A program made the position numbers and the translations under genes. Below are positions 29,686 through 38,231 of a stretch of DNA of 64,000 bases, one piece after another. Source of the stretch: a virus (lineage: Duplodnaviria > Caudoviricetes); IMG/VR virus record IMGVR_UViG_3300033073_000489, positions 1-64,000 of that record. One strand, given 5' to 3'. Below the pieces are notes generated by a model that made no database searches, was not told where the DNA came from, and was given only the letters and a program-made list of their open reading frames with translations. The number at the start of each line of letters is the position of its first letter. Position 1 is the first letter of the stretch.

Positions 29686-30540
29686 TTAAATCTCCAAAAT
29701 TAAGTTAGGGTTCCAGCCGGTTTCCTCGCTGTAACCATCATTTTCGTAACCACGTGGGTTACATACAACTCGTGTCTCACCGATCATGTAATCAAACGGA
29801 TGATGGGTGTGTCCGTGCGTCCACAGTTTAATCTGCGGATGATCTAAAATGAACTCACTCAAATCGCTGTGATATCCACCGTTCATAAGTGTTTCATGTT
29901 TGTAAGATTCATGCACACTTTGGAAGCTAGGACTGTGATGTCCAACAACAACAAATTTCTTGTCATGTTGTTCAGCTAGCACACTTCTAAAGTATTGCAA
30001 AGTCTTACGGTGACGGACAGTAACATCGATAGCACTCATAGGGGCAAAACTACGTTTGTCATTGCGAATGATTCGGAAGTCGTTCATCATGCCTTCGATG
30101 GCATGCATGGTCAAAGGATCACCTTTGTTCATGTCAGTCCAAAGAGTGCCGCCGATGAATGTTACATCGTCGATTACTTTAGTGTCGCACTCTAACATAT
30201 AGATGTTAGGAAATTTGGCACACTCTTCTCTCATGTGTTCGATACTGTCGTAGAACCGACCGTGGTAGAACTCGTGATTGCCCATGATGTAGATAACATG
30301 TGGGAACTGAAACGAACAACGCTTTAGAAAATCACGAAAGCGAGCTACTCTTTGTTGTTTACGACCAAGTGCTTCAAACGCACCATGCTGGTATGGATTA
30401 AAATCAAATGTAGGATGGTCGTGCAGATCTGCGGCAATCATAATATCACCACCGAGGATAAGCACGTCAGCGCCTTCATCATTTTTAATATTGATATCCG
30501 AAAACTCTAAATGGAGGTCGGATACAAGTTTAATCTTCAT
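29686..30540 (-). CDS. Calcineurin-like metallophosphoesterase
   Basis: SDLHLE, GGD, GNHE, GHHSP, HGHTH, NPRGY. Confidence 0.9.
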   Translation of the reverse strand: MKIKLVSDLHLEFSDINIKNDEGADVLILGGDIMIAADLHDHPTFDFNPYQHGAFEALGRKQQRVARFRDFLKRCSFQFPHVIYIMGNHEFYHGRFYDSIEHMREECAKFPNIYMLECDTKVIDDVTFIGGTLWTDMNKGDPLTMHAIEGMMNDFRIIRNDKRSFAPMSAIDVTVRHRKTLQYFRSVLAEQHDKKFVVVGHHSPSFQSVHESYKHETLMNGGYHSDLSEFILDHPQIKLWTHGHTHHPFDYMIGETRVVCNPRGYENDGYSEETGWNPNLILEI

Positions 30541-31093
30541 TTATAAACCTTCTGGCTTTCTCTCTGAGCTTGTCAGGGTCTTTGTCAAATTCTTCGATTG
30601 CGTTTACTAGCGCACGTTCAACTAGTTCATTAAAAGTAATGTCTAGTTCATGTGCCATTTTCATATATTGTAACAGTTCTTCGTCCGAGAAGTCAACCGG
30701 AACTTTAACACGGGTGTCATAGTCTTTATTGTTAACTATAGCATTAATCTTTTCCAAGATATCCTCTGCTACATCCAAATCAATGTAGTTGCGTCCGTCC
30801 ATAGATTCGTAAACATCTACATCATGTTTGGCACATGCTTTCATGTGGGCTTTAACGTAGGCAGGATTAATCCAACGATATTCTCTATCATTAATGTAGT
30901 CCCAAAGTTCGATAGCATAAACAGTTTGGTCTACGCTGTCGTAGATAGCATGAATGCTGTAAGCGCCACCGTGGCCTTCTTTTTCGTGGCAATCTAGATA
31001 GCGAGCATTTTCGCCGTAGCATTTCCAGCAATACTCACTGCCGGCAGAAATTTTATACTGAATAGCTTCCAAATAATCTTTTAGAGTAATCAT
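30530..31093 (-). CDS. Hypothetical protein
   Basis: 187-aa ORF in operon. Confidence 0.75.
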   Translation of the reverse strand: MITLKDYLEAIQYKISAGSEYCWKCYGENARYLDCHEKEGHGGAYSIHAIYDSVDQTVYAIELWDYINDREYRWINPAYVKAHMKACAKHDVDVYESMDGRNYIDLDVAEDILEKINAIVNNKDYDTRVKVPVDFSDEELLQYMKMAHELDITFNELVERALVNAIEEFDKDPDKLREKARRFINED

Positions 31094-31527
31094 AGTTCCA
31101 AGCCATCCTTTCTTGCTTGTTCTTCGATACGAGCTTGACGCTCCAATTCATGTTGATCGCATAGTGTGCGGACCCATCCGCCTCCTCTGCGCTTGCCAAT
31201 ACCGCCACATTCTTCACAAGCAATACCTGCCCAGGACTCGGCCATGCTCACTAGTCCGTGAACATAGTCATCCCCGCCTTGATAGTAAAAACGAAGTCCG
31301 CCGAACTTTTCTTTGATCTGTTCTACAACAACTTGTGGACAAACTTCTTCGTTCTTGTTCACATGTTCAATATGTTGCTGGATGCTGGCGCACAGTCTTT
31401 CAAGGATTGGATACCAACCCTTGCCCACAGCAAATCCACCGTATGCCCCAGGAAACATTTTAGGATAGGATTTCTCCATCCGTTGTGCAAACTTTTCATA
31501 TTCTATAAATTCTTGATCTTCGTTCAT
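31090..31527 (-). CDS. Conserved phage hypothetical protein with C-terminal Zn motif
   Basis: QIKEKFGGLRFY, CEECG..RTLC. Confidence 0.8.
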   Translation of the reverse strand: MNEDQEFIEYEKFAQRMEKSYPKMFPGAYGGFAVGKGWYPILERLCASIQQHIEHVNKNEEVCPQVVVEQIKEKFGGLRFYYQGGDDYVHGLVSMAESWAGIACEECGGIGKRRGGGWVRTLCDQHELERQARIEEQARKDGLEL

Positions 31528-32231
31528 TGAAATGCCTTTACATAATTTAATCTAGTTACAGGAACATCTTGATGCTTCCAATGCGTAGAATGGTCTTTTA
31601 CTTTGCCTTTTATAATTACGCAGGCCCCCAATTTTAGGTCAACTTTACTCATCCATGAAACCATCATATTGTTGATTATAGCATCAATATTAAACGCATC
31701 AAAGTTCTTTGAACGTTTTGAACTAATAACATCGCAGTCCAAATCTAAAACTTCAGCACCAACAGGAGCCAAGTAGCCAATGTCTACAGTCTTAATACGC
31801 TTTTCAAATTGAGTCTTTGCATAGTCACGCTTGTATGTGCTAGGCAAACAGGCAATAAACCCAAACTTGTTTAGAGGAACATCTTCTGCATTTAACAGTG
31901 AGTTCACTTCTGTTTGAAACTCGTTGTCACCCTGAATAGCAGAAAACATCAACCTCTTATAAAACTTTTGGATTTCAGTTGCTAACTCTCTATCATCCAA
32001 GTTAGTTGAAATTAGCTGTGGCATTGTTTTTGGATCTGCGTAGGTTGTTTTGTCCTCGCCTAAGGCCACGAGCATTAAAGTTTTATTAGCGTGTTTGTAT
32101 GCTACGGTTACTCCGTCGCTAGCTGTAACGGCTTCAACGCTTTTGATATAATCTTTATTTGATCGTTGGGCGGCGCAAGCCAATTCGAGCACCGTTTGCA
32201 ATGGATAACGATTTACGGCTTCTTTTGCCAT
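31524..32231 (-). CDS. Hypothetical protein, possible C-terminal OB fold
   Basis: 235-aa ORF; IKGKVKDH..VTRLNYVK. Confidence 0.7.
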   Translation of the reverse strand: MAKEAVNRYPLQTVLELACAAQRSNKDYIKSVEAVTASDGVTVAYKHANKTLMLVALGEDKTTYADPKTMPQLISTNLDDRELATEIQKFYKRLMFSAIQGDNEFQTEVNSLLNAEDVPLNKFGFIACLPSTYKRDYAKTQFEKRIKTVDIGYLAPVGAEVLDLDCDVISSKRSKNFDAFNIDAIINNMMVSWMSKVDLKLGACVIIKGKVKDHSTHWKHQDVPVTRLNYVKAFQ

Positions 32232-32264
32232 TTTAAGTCCAAGTGGTTAATTTATACTTGTATT

Positions 32265-32930
32265 TTACATGAAAATAGAATCTTCGTCAACCTTCATTAA
32301 TCGAACGTATACTTTTTTGGCTAATTCACGTAGGACTGCACTATTAACATTTTCAAAATGGGATACGTATTCTAATAAATTTGGACTAGCGTAATTGCCG
32401 CTGACCTTTAATCTGCTAAGGCTAGTAAATTTGGACATATATCTCAACGCCCTGCCTTTGCCCAAACTTCTGCAGAGTTCGATCGCAATGCTTAATGCAT
32501 ACGCATCAATCTCGTCAGGGTCTCCCAGATATCGATAAATGCTACCGCTACTGTCCCAATAAGTTTTATAGTGGCGTTTTCTACTTTGCCTTTGGTGTTT
32601 AAATTCGTGGACTACTGCATCAAAAATTTGTATTAGCAAGTTACCAACATGAAACTGATCCCATTCTAAATCTTTAGGAAAGTTGTGATGGATAATAACT
32701 TCTATTGCAGTATCTTTATTTTTATCGTCTTCAGGGTCATAATATGCGTTAACATAAAATTCTTCCTGATTCATTCTATTAGATCTTGCTGATCTAAGTT
32801 TTAAATCAATCCCCTGCGTTCTAAACTCTTTGCGAGTTTTAGTTAACAGGTTTTGGAAACTAGTTGTAGGTTTGCAACTGTCTTTAACTGTCTTGCAGAT
32901 CTGCGCAACTAGTTCCAATACCGAGTTCAT
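32265..32930 (-). CDS. HExxH (zincin-like) hypothetical protein, paralogue B
   Basis: VVHEFKHQRQ...YLGDPDEIDAY. Confidence 0.65.
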   Translation of the reverse strand: MNSVLELVAQICKTVKDSCKPTTSFQNLLTKTRKEFRTQGIDLKLRSARSNRMNQEEFYVNAYYDPEDDKNKDTAIEVIIHHNFPKDLEWDQFHVGNLLIQIFDAVVHEFKHQRQSRKRHYKTYWDSSGSIYRYLGDPDEIDAYALSIAIELCRSLGKGRALRYMSKFTSLSRLKVSGNYASPNLLEYVSHFENVNSAVLRELAKKVYVRLMKVDEDSIFM

Positions 32931-32931
32931 A

Positions 32932-33150
32932 TTATAACCTATAAGTTACTCTGCCCTTTGTTAAGTCGTATGGGCTGACTTCTACTTTAACGCTATCCCC
33001 TAGGATAACTTTAATCTTATGTTGTTTCAACTTACCGCCCATGTAGCATAGTAGCACATGGCTTTGTCCGTCAACTTTTACCCTAAACATATTACCCGGA
33101 AGGACTTCTTCAACCTTACCGGTTAGTTCAATTAAATCTTGCTTGCTCAT
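32932..33150 (-). CDS. infA: Translation initiation factor IF-1
   Basis: MSKQDLIELTGKVEEVLPGNMFRV..ILGDSVKVEVSPYDLTKGRVTYR. Confidence 0.95.
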   Translation of the reverse strand: MSKQDLIELTGKVEEVLPGNMFRVKVDGQSHVLLCYMGGKLKQHKIKVILGDSVKVEVSPYDLTKGRVTYRL

Positions 33151-33317
33151 GGTTTAGTAATAATTAGTGCGCCGTTTTCAACTGTTATATTCAAAACATC
33201 TCCCTCTTTCCATCCCTGAGCTTCGCATATCTCAGGCGGTATTTTTAGCATGACATTATCGGGGTCGCCGTCAATATCTTCAAACAGTTCCTCAACTGTG
33301 TAGGTTAATTTAGTCAT
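33147..33317 (-). CDS. AbrB/MazE-like small protein (56 aa, not in track)
   Basis: MTKLTYTVEE..LKIPPEICEAQGWKEGDVLNITVENGALII. Confidence 0.7.
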   Translation of the reverse strand: MTKLTYTVEELFEDIDGDPDNVMLKIPPEICEAQGWKEGDVLNITVENGALIITKP

Positions 33318-33328
33318 CGTGTATTTAC

Positions 33329-33718
33329 TTAAACAAAATCGTCATCGTAAGGAACTGGAAACCATCCTAGCTTGTCAAGATCGTTAAGTATTTCTTCTTT
33401 GACTTCGCCCTCGGATGCATAACCTTTTTCGTCCCACCATTCGTTTTCTTTATCGTCATATTCTACATTTCGAATACCAGAGCAGTAATAGTCCATGTAG
33501 TCTTCGCCTGCATTGCGAAGATCTGCAACAATACCGCCGGCACCTCTCCAACTAGCAGACCAATAATTTTCTGCTAGAATAGGCCAAGTGTCTCGTTTAC
33601 ACCATTGCATATTACACCATGCCGCATACAAATTTTGGGCATAGCGCCTATCTTCCGCACGAATCTTAGCCATTATTTCAGGGCAGTTGCGAATGTCTTC
33701 AACTAGGTCGTATTTCAT
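33329..33718 (-). CDS. Hypothetical protein
   Basis: YAQNLYAAWCN..SWRGAGGIVADLR..YMDYYCSG. Confidence 0.75.
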   Translation of the reverse strand: MKYDLVEDIRNCPEIMAKIRAEDRRYAQNLYAAWCNMQWCKRDTWPILAENYWSASWRGAGGIVADLRNAGEDYMDYYCSGIRNVEYDDKENEWWDEKGYASEGEVKEEILNDLDKLGWFPVPYDDDFV

Positions 33719-34032
33719 TAAGGATGCCAGTTTCCGTTAATACAATGGAGTAACTCGTGACCAAGTGTATGTTGATTGGTAGTTTTGCCAACGATGATAG
33801 TGCATTCAGTATCAGTCCAAAAACTACAACCTTGAACTGCATAACCAAATCCGTTATTTCCTACACGTCTACTTTCTCGCTCGCAGGCTTGCGTAGGATT
33901 CTTTTCAAATCTAAAACTTACAGTCATAGTCTTGTTAGGACTTGTAATTCGAACAGGTGTAGTAGGATTATCGTTATATGCAAAAGCGCACATCGATATA
34001 CTTGCCAAAACTGCTGAAATCATTGCCTTCAT
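33718..34032 (-). CDS. Secreted HExxH-containing protein
   Basis: Signal peptide; LGHELLHC. Confidence 0.65.
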   Translation of the reverse strand: MKAMISAVLASISMCAFAYNDNPTTPVRITSPNKTMTVSFRFEKNPTQACERESRRVGNNGFGYAVQGCSFWTDTECTIIVGKTTNQHTLGHELLHCINGNWHP

Positions 34033-34058
34033 TGTATGCCTTTCAAAGTTGCCTAAAA

Positions 34059-34157
34059 TGGTGCAGGCGGTAGGATTCGAACCTACAAAGGCGCTCTAAG
34101 AGCTAGCCCCGTTCCCTCCCCGAAGGGAGGAGGTCTACCAATTCCACTCACGTCTGC
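34059..34157 (-). ncRNA. tRNA-Leu-like RNA lacking a 7-nt anticodon loop (cUUCGg tetraloop)
   Basis: GCAGACG/CGCCTGC acceptor, A73, CCA, GGAATTGGTAGAC D-loop, GTAGG-TTCGAAT-CCTAC T-arm, long variable arm; anticodon arm CCTCCC-TTCG-GGGAGG. Confidence 0.8.
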
Positions 34158-34163
34158 ATTTGT

Positions 34164-34192
34164 ATTATATAGTTATTTTGAGTAAAAGTCAA
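34164..34192 (-). promoter_or_regulatory. sigma70-type promoter for the tRNA-like RNA
   Basis: TTGACT-N17-TATAAT, with the -10 ending 6 nt before G1. Confidence 0.8.
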
Positions 34193-34218
34193 CTCAGTTT
34201 GGCTCATTTTGATAGAAC

Positions 34219-34226
34219 TATAAATA
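34219..34226 (+). promoter_or_regulatory. T4 late-type promoter
   Basis: TATAAATA, 22 nt upstream of ATG 34249. Confidence 0.65.
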
Positions 34227-34248
34227 CCCATATTATGAGGAATTAACG

Positions 34249-35190
34249 ATGATTAAATTTATTTTGGCTAGTTTTTTATTTTGCACGACAGCATTGGCAT
34301 TTGAACCAATTGGAAAGCCAATTACCATTATCACTGGGTTTGCGCCCGGTGCAACCGATCAAGCATTAAAGCCATATACCGATGCTTTAGCAAATAGTGG
34401 ATACACGTTTATAATTGAGCGCAGACCCGGTGCCGGTGGAATGATTGCATTAAATCATTTTGCAAATAATTCACCAGCTGATGGGTTTACACTATTTGCT
34501 ACAGCATCGTCGATGTTTACAGTTGCTCCGTTGTTTACACCCGAAACAGTTGCGCATAACGGTGTTATACCTATAACAACATTAAGCGCCGGGCCGATAG
34601 TTTTAGTTGCTAGTCGAGATTCATCGATCAAAACGTTTGATGACTTTAAGAAAACAGTCCAACAAAATACTACGCCTCCTATCGCAGTCCCTTCATTATT
34701 CTTTCAAGCCGGTGCAGAATATATTGCAACTAAGATTAATAAGAATGCAACAATTACAACGGCAATGTATAAATCTGGGCCAGATGCGTTACGAGATATC
34801 GTAGGAGGACATGCACAACTAGGAGTGATACAGTTATCGGTTGTTGCACCTATGCTAACATCTGATAAAATCTCAATCCTTGCAATTAGCGGAGAAACTA
34901 GATTAGATACCTTAACTAATGTTCCAACATTCTCTGAAAAGATTAAAGGTATTAATCCACGAATTGAAGCTAGCTGGGGTATTGCATTGCCGTTGGGAAC
35001 CCCTCCGGAAATTCAAAAATTTTATAATGATTTTTTCTTACAGGTTGCACAACAAGAATCAACTAAGAAAGCCTTGGCAGTTAATTACATGATTATTCCA
35101 AAGAACTACTTAGGAAGGCAAGCATTTGACAAACGTATTGCAGAAGAAACCGAAATGTGGTCGTCGGTGCTGCACAGGATTCCAAAATGA
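34249..35190 (+). CDS. Bug/TctC family tripartite tricarboxylate transporter substrate-binding protein
   Basis: Signal peptide; GFAPG.TD, ERRPGAGG, ADGFTL, YKSG..ALRDIVGGH, VPTFSE. Confidence 0.88.
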   Translation: MIKFILASFLFCTTALAFEPIGKPITIITGFAPGATDQALKPYTDALANSGYTFIIERRPGAGGMIALNHFANNSPADGFTLFATASSMFTVAPLFTPETVAHNGVIPITTLSAGPIVLVASRDSSIKTFDDFKKTVQQNTTPPIAVPSLFFQAGAEYIATKINKNATITTAMYKSGPDALRDIVGGHAQLGVIQLSVVAPMLTSDKISILAISGETRLDTLTNVPTFSEKIKGINPRIEASWGIALPLGTPPEIQKFYNDFFLQVAQQESTKKALAVNYMIIPKNYLGRQAFDKRIAEETEMWSSVLHRIPK

Positions 35191-35372
35191 GTTTTGAGCA
35201 AACTAATCCCTCAGACAATTCTGACCAACAGCCGTATGTTGGCCGCGGTCAAAGTGACTGGGCAGGCAGCGGAGTTGTAATCTATCGAAAAGAAGATAAA
35301 GGTCGGAAACAAGACCCTCAAACAAATATGCCCGGTGGTTTACCTAATATGGAGACCGGAGATGACGACTAA
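35187..35372 (+). CDS. Small Gly/Asp/Pro/Gln-rich peptide (61 aa)
   Basis: ATGA-coupled to the Bug gene; MSFEQTNPSDNSDQQPYVGRGQSDWAGSG..METGDDD. Confidence 0.4.
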   Translation: MSFEQTNPSDNSDQQPYVGRGQSDWAGSGVVIYRKEDKGRKQDPQTNMPGGLPNMETGDDD

Positions 35373-36072
35373 GCAGTATCTTAACGTAGTAGTCGATCAG
35401 GAAACAAAAGGTATTCTAACACGATGTTCAACACCAAGTGTTGCAAATGCTGTTGCTAGAGGAATCCCAAACAGCTCAATGATGATAATTGAGTTTCCGT
35501 TTATGAAGCACGAGATTGTTAATTATCAAACTGACATAAACTTAAATTATAAACTCTTAAGGAAGTTGTATCCCCAACATTCTGATGTGATTCCTCTAGA
35601 CAGCGAAAGCAATGTGTTTGAAGTAGTTGACGATACACCGTCAGGCCGGCCCTTTGATATAATACCGATGGACGCTACACCTGCTTGGATTGAACAACGA
35701 AAAATTGCAAATTTTAAAGCATTTGCATTTAATGACTTAGAGAACAGATGTGACAGATATCTAGCACGTATAGAAACATTTAGTCACGATGAACTATTTT
35801 ATCAATACCTTGCAAAAGAACTTGAGCAAGTAAACGTTGATGATAATTACTATCCGGTAGGAATCACTGAATGGGCTGAAATTAACGACATGAGTAATTT
35901 TGCAGCATACCAAGAACTTAAGATGAACTACCAGTCTAATGGAATTATTCTTATGCGCATTCATGCAATATGGAATAGATACCAGGACCTGATTAATGGT
36001 ATAAGCACATATGATGAGTTATGGAAATTAGTATACCAGGTAGAAACAGAGTTAAGGTTTGGTAAGAGATGA
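35362..36072 (+). CDS. Hypothetical protein, translationally coupled upstream of a PP-loop ATPase
   Basis: GGAG RBS plus ATG at 35362; ATGA overlap with 36069. Confidence 0.75.
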   Translation: MTTKQYLNVVVDQETKGILTRCSTPSVANAVARGIPNSSMMIIEFPFMKHEIVNYQTDINLNYKLLRKLYPQHSDVIPLDSESNVFEVVDDTPSGRPFDIIPMDATPAWIEQRKIANFKAFAFNDLENRCDRYLARIETFSHDELFYQYLAKELEQVNVDDNYYPVGITEWAEINDMSNFAAYQELKMNYQSNGIILMRIHAIWNRYQDLINGISTYDELWKLVYQVETELRFGKR

Positions 36073-37154
36073 AATCAGTTACTGCAAGTTTAGCATTAGA
36101 GCTTAAGGATCTAAGAGCATTAGACATTATTAAAAATTATCCGGATATTGATATCTACAGACAAACACATGTATTGATAGGACAGTCTTGGATTCTTGAT
36201 AGGACGCAAACTGTGCAATTACCATTTCGCAGCACAGTATTAGTTGAACATCAATTACCTGACTTTACGCTTATACCTGAATACGACTTATTAGATATTT
36301 GCCTCAGACGTGCGGCTGAATTGATTAGCACTAATCGTCAGTTATTCTTCTTCTGGTCTGGCGGCATTGATTCTACGCTAGGATTAGTTAGTTTTTTAAA
36401 ATTAGGTATCCCATTAGATCAAGTAACTGTAGTATGTAATAATGATAGCATACGAGAAAATTTAAAATTTTATCAGGATCACATTCGTGGAAAATTTAAG
36501 TTAATATCGTCTGAATTAATGATGCAACAAATGAAGACTACGCAAATTGACGGAATCATTGTAAGTTCAGAACATGGCGACTTAATGTATGGTCAAGATT
36601 TTGGCCATGCAATGTTTGAGATGTTTGGGACTAACTATTTGCGTGAAAAGCCAACTCGTGAGAATATTACTAAATTTTTTAGGCAAGGTAAGATGTCTGA
36701 CCAAGCTGCTAACTGTTGGTATGATTTATATATGGATAGTGCAAAAATGTCGCCTAGACCGATAGACACAACTTATGACTTTAGCTGGTGGGCCGGGTTT
36801 AATTGGAGGTGGCAATGGGCCAAAGAAAAAATTAAAATTAGGACTGCAATTGACCTAGACATTAGAACTTTCTTTTCAACGCACGAGTTTCAAAAATGGT
36901 CTGTAAATCATACACAGTCAGACATGAAAAATAAACGAGATATTAAAATAGAGTTTAAGAAAATTATATTAGACTATACACACGACCAGACATACTTTGA
37001 CACTAAGATCAAACATCCGTCTGTTACAATGTATTATGGCGGAAATTCTTTTGTAGCAATTGATGAGCAAGGAAAGAAAATATCTGCAAACGACTTTACA
37101 ATATTAGACTATTACCAGAGTGATAATTTTATAGCAAACTGGCTCAAGTCATAG
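36069..37154 (+). CDS. Asparagine-synthetase-C-like PP-loop ATPase (no glutaminase domain)
   Basis: FFFWSGGIDST, SSEHGDLMYG, RTFFS..FQKW. Confidence 0.75.
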   Translation: MKSVTASLALELKDLRALDIIKNYPDIDIYRQTHVLIGQSWILDRTQTVQLPFRSTVLVEHQLPDFTLIPEYDLLDICLRRAAELISTNRQLFFFWSGGIDSTLGLVSFLKLGIPLDQVTVVCNNDSIRENLKFYQDHIRGKFKLISSELMMQQMKTTQIDGIIVSSEHGDLMYGQDFGHAMFEMFGTNYLREKPTRENITKFFRQGKMSDQAANCWYDLYMDSAKMSPRPIDTTYDFSWWAGFNWRWQWAKEKIKIRTAIDLDIRTFFSTHEFQKWSVNHTQSDMKNKRDIKIEFKKIILDYTHDQTYFDTKIKHPSVTMYYGGNSFVAIDEQGKKISANDFTILDYYQSDNFIANWLKS

Positions 37155-37155
37155 A

Positions 37156-37180
37156 AAAAGGACCCGAAGGTCCTTTTCTA
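37156..37180. terminator. Bidirectional terminator, cUUCGg loop on the minus strand
   Basis: AAAAGGACC-CGAA-GGTCCTTTT between convergent genes. Confidence 0.85.
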
Positions 37181-37193
37181 TTAGTGTTACTAA

Positions 37194-38219
37194 TTAATCT
37201 GCTTTCTTGATTTCTTTAACCAATTGCTCACTACCTGGAACATAATGATATGCTCTAAAGTATTGTTGAGGAGCAGCTTCTCTTAGAGTAGCTGTTTCTT
37301 CTGCAGAAATTTCTTTAATTGTTACACCGTTAGCTACAGCATTGTCTTCGTATGCTTGCGCATCATCTAACGACCACTGACGTTCTAACTTAGCAACAAC
37401 CTTTGCTGCTTTCTTAAACACAGCTTGTTGTTCTGCTGTTAACGAATCAAAGAATGGTCCACCAACTAAGATAGTTGTTAAGAACATGCTGTGGTTTGTT
37501 TTGAGAACATTTTTACCTGCAAAGCGTAGATAAGTAGTTTCAATAGCACCACCTTTAGCTACTTGCTCTGCTGTTTGATCAATCTTCTGATTCATTCTGC
37601 TAGTTGCCTTAGCAGTAAATCTTTCAAAGAATGTGCGAGTCATTGGTGTTGTAGTAATGTCTACAGTCTTTAATGCTTCAACACTTTCAATTGGGTGATT
37701 AGATCCAACAATGCGATATCCACCTGAGTAAGTAAATGCTAGGCCTTTGACGTTAGTCTTGTCTCCTAGTTCCTTACATAGTGAATCACCGATTTCACCG
37801 TCTAATACTTTGCTAACGTGATCGTGACTGTTAAACAAGAAAGGCAAATCTAAAGTAGCAAACTTATCGTGCAAGTGTCCGCCGATAACTGTTACTTGTG
37901 TTTGGCTTAAATGAATCTTACCGTCGCGCATGCCGTTAAACATTGCAGCCCATTTCTTAGTTACGTCTTTCCATTCAATAGGAGTAAAGAAGTCACTGTT
38001 AGGCAACGACTCGATCCCGTCGACTGTTCCTGGGCGCATTTGAAGTTCTGGAATATCTCCATACTTTTCAATATACTGTTTCATGGTTAAAATTTCAATC
38101 TCAAACTGCCCTGGTAATTCTTTTTCTAGTTCAGCAGCAAATGCTTCTGCTGTTCTAACAAACAAATAGGCAGGTTGGTGAGCAATTAACCAACGTAGTT
38201 TCATAGGTCCTTGAGACAT
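37194..38219 (-). CDS. DctP-like TRAP substrate-binding protein, no signal peptide (paralogue 2)
   Basis: TLDLPFLFNSHDHVSKVLDGEIG, AFTYSGGYR, NHSMFLT. Confidence 0.8.
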   Translation of the reverse strand: MSQGPMKLRWLIAHQPAYLFVRTAEAFAAELEKELPGQFEIEILTMKQYIEKYGDIPELQMRPGTVDGIESLPNSDFFTPIEWKDVTKKWAAMFNGMRDGKIHLSQTQVTVIGGHLHDKFATLDLPFLFNSHDHVSKVLDGEIGDSLCKELGDKTNVKGLAFTYSGGYRIVGSNHPIESVEALKTVDITTTPMTRTFFERFTAKATSRMNQKIDQTAEQVAKGGAIETTYLRFAGKNVLKTNHSMFLTTILVGGPFFDSLTAEQQAVFKKAAKVVAKLERQWSLDDAQAYEDNAVANGVTIKEISAEETATLREAAPQQYFRAYHYVPGSEQLVKEIKKAD

Positions 38220-38231
38220 ATCTGCTCCTAA

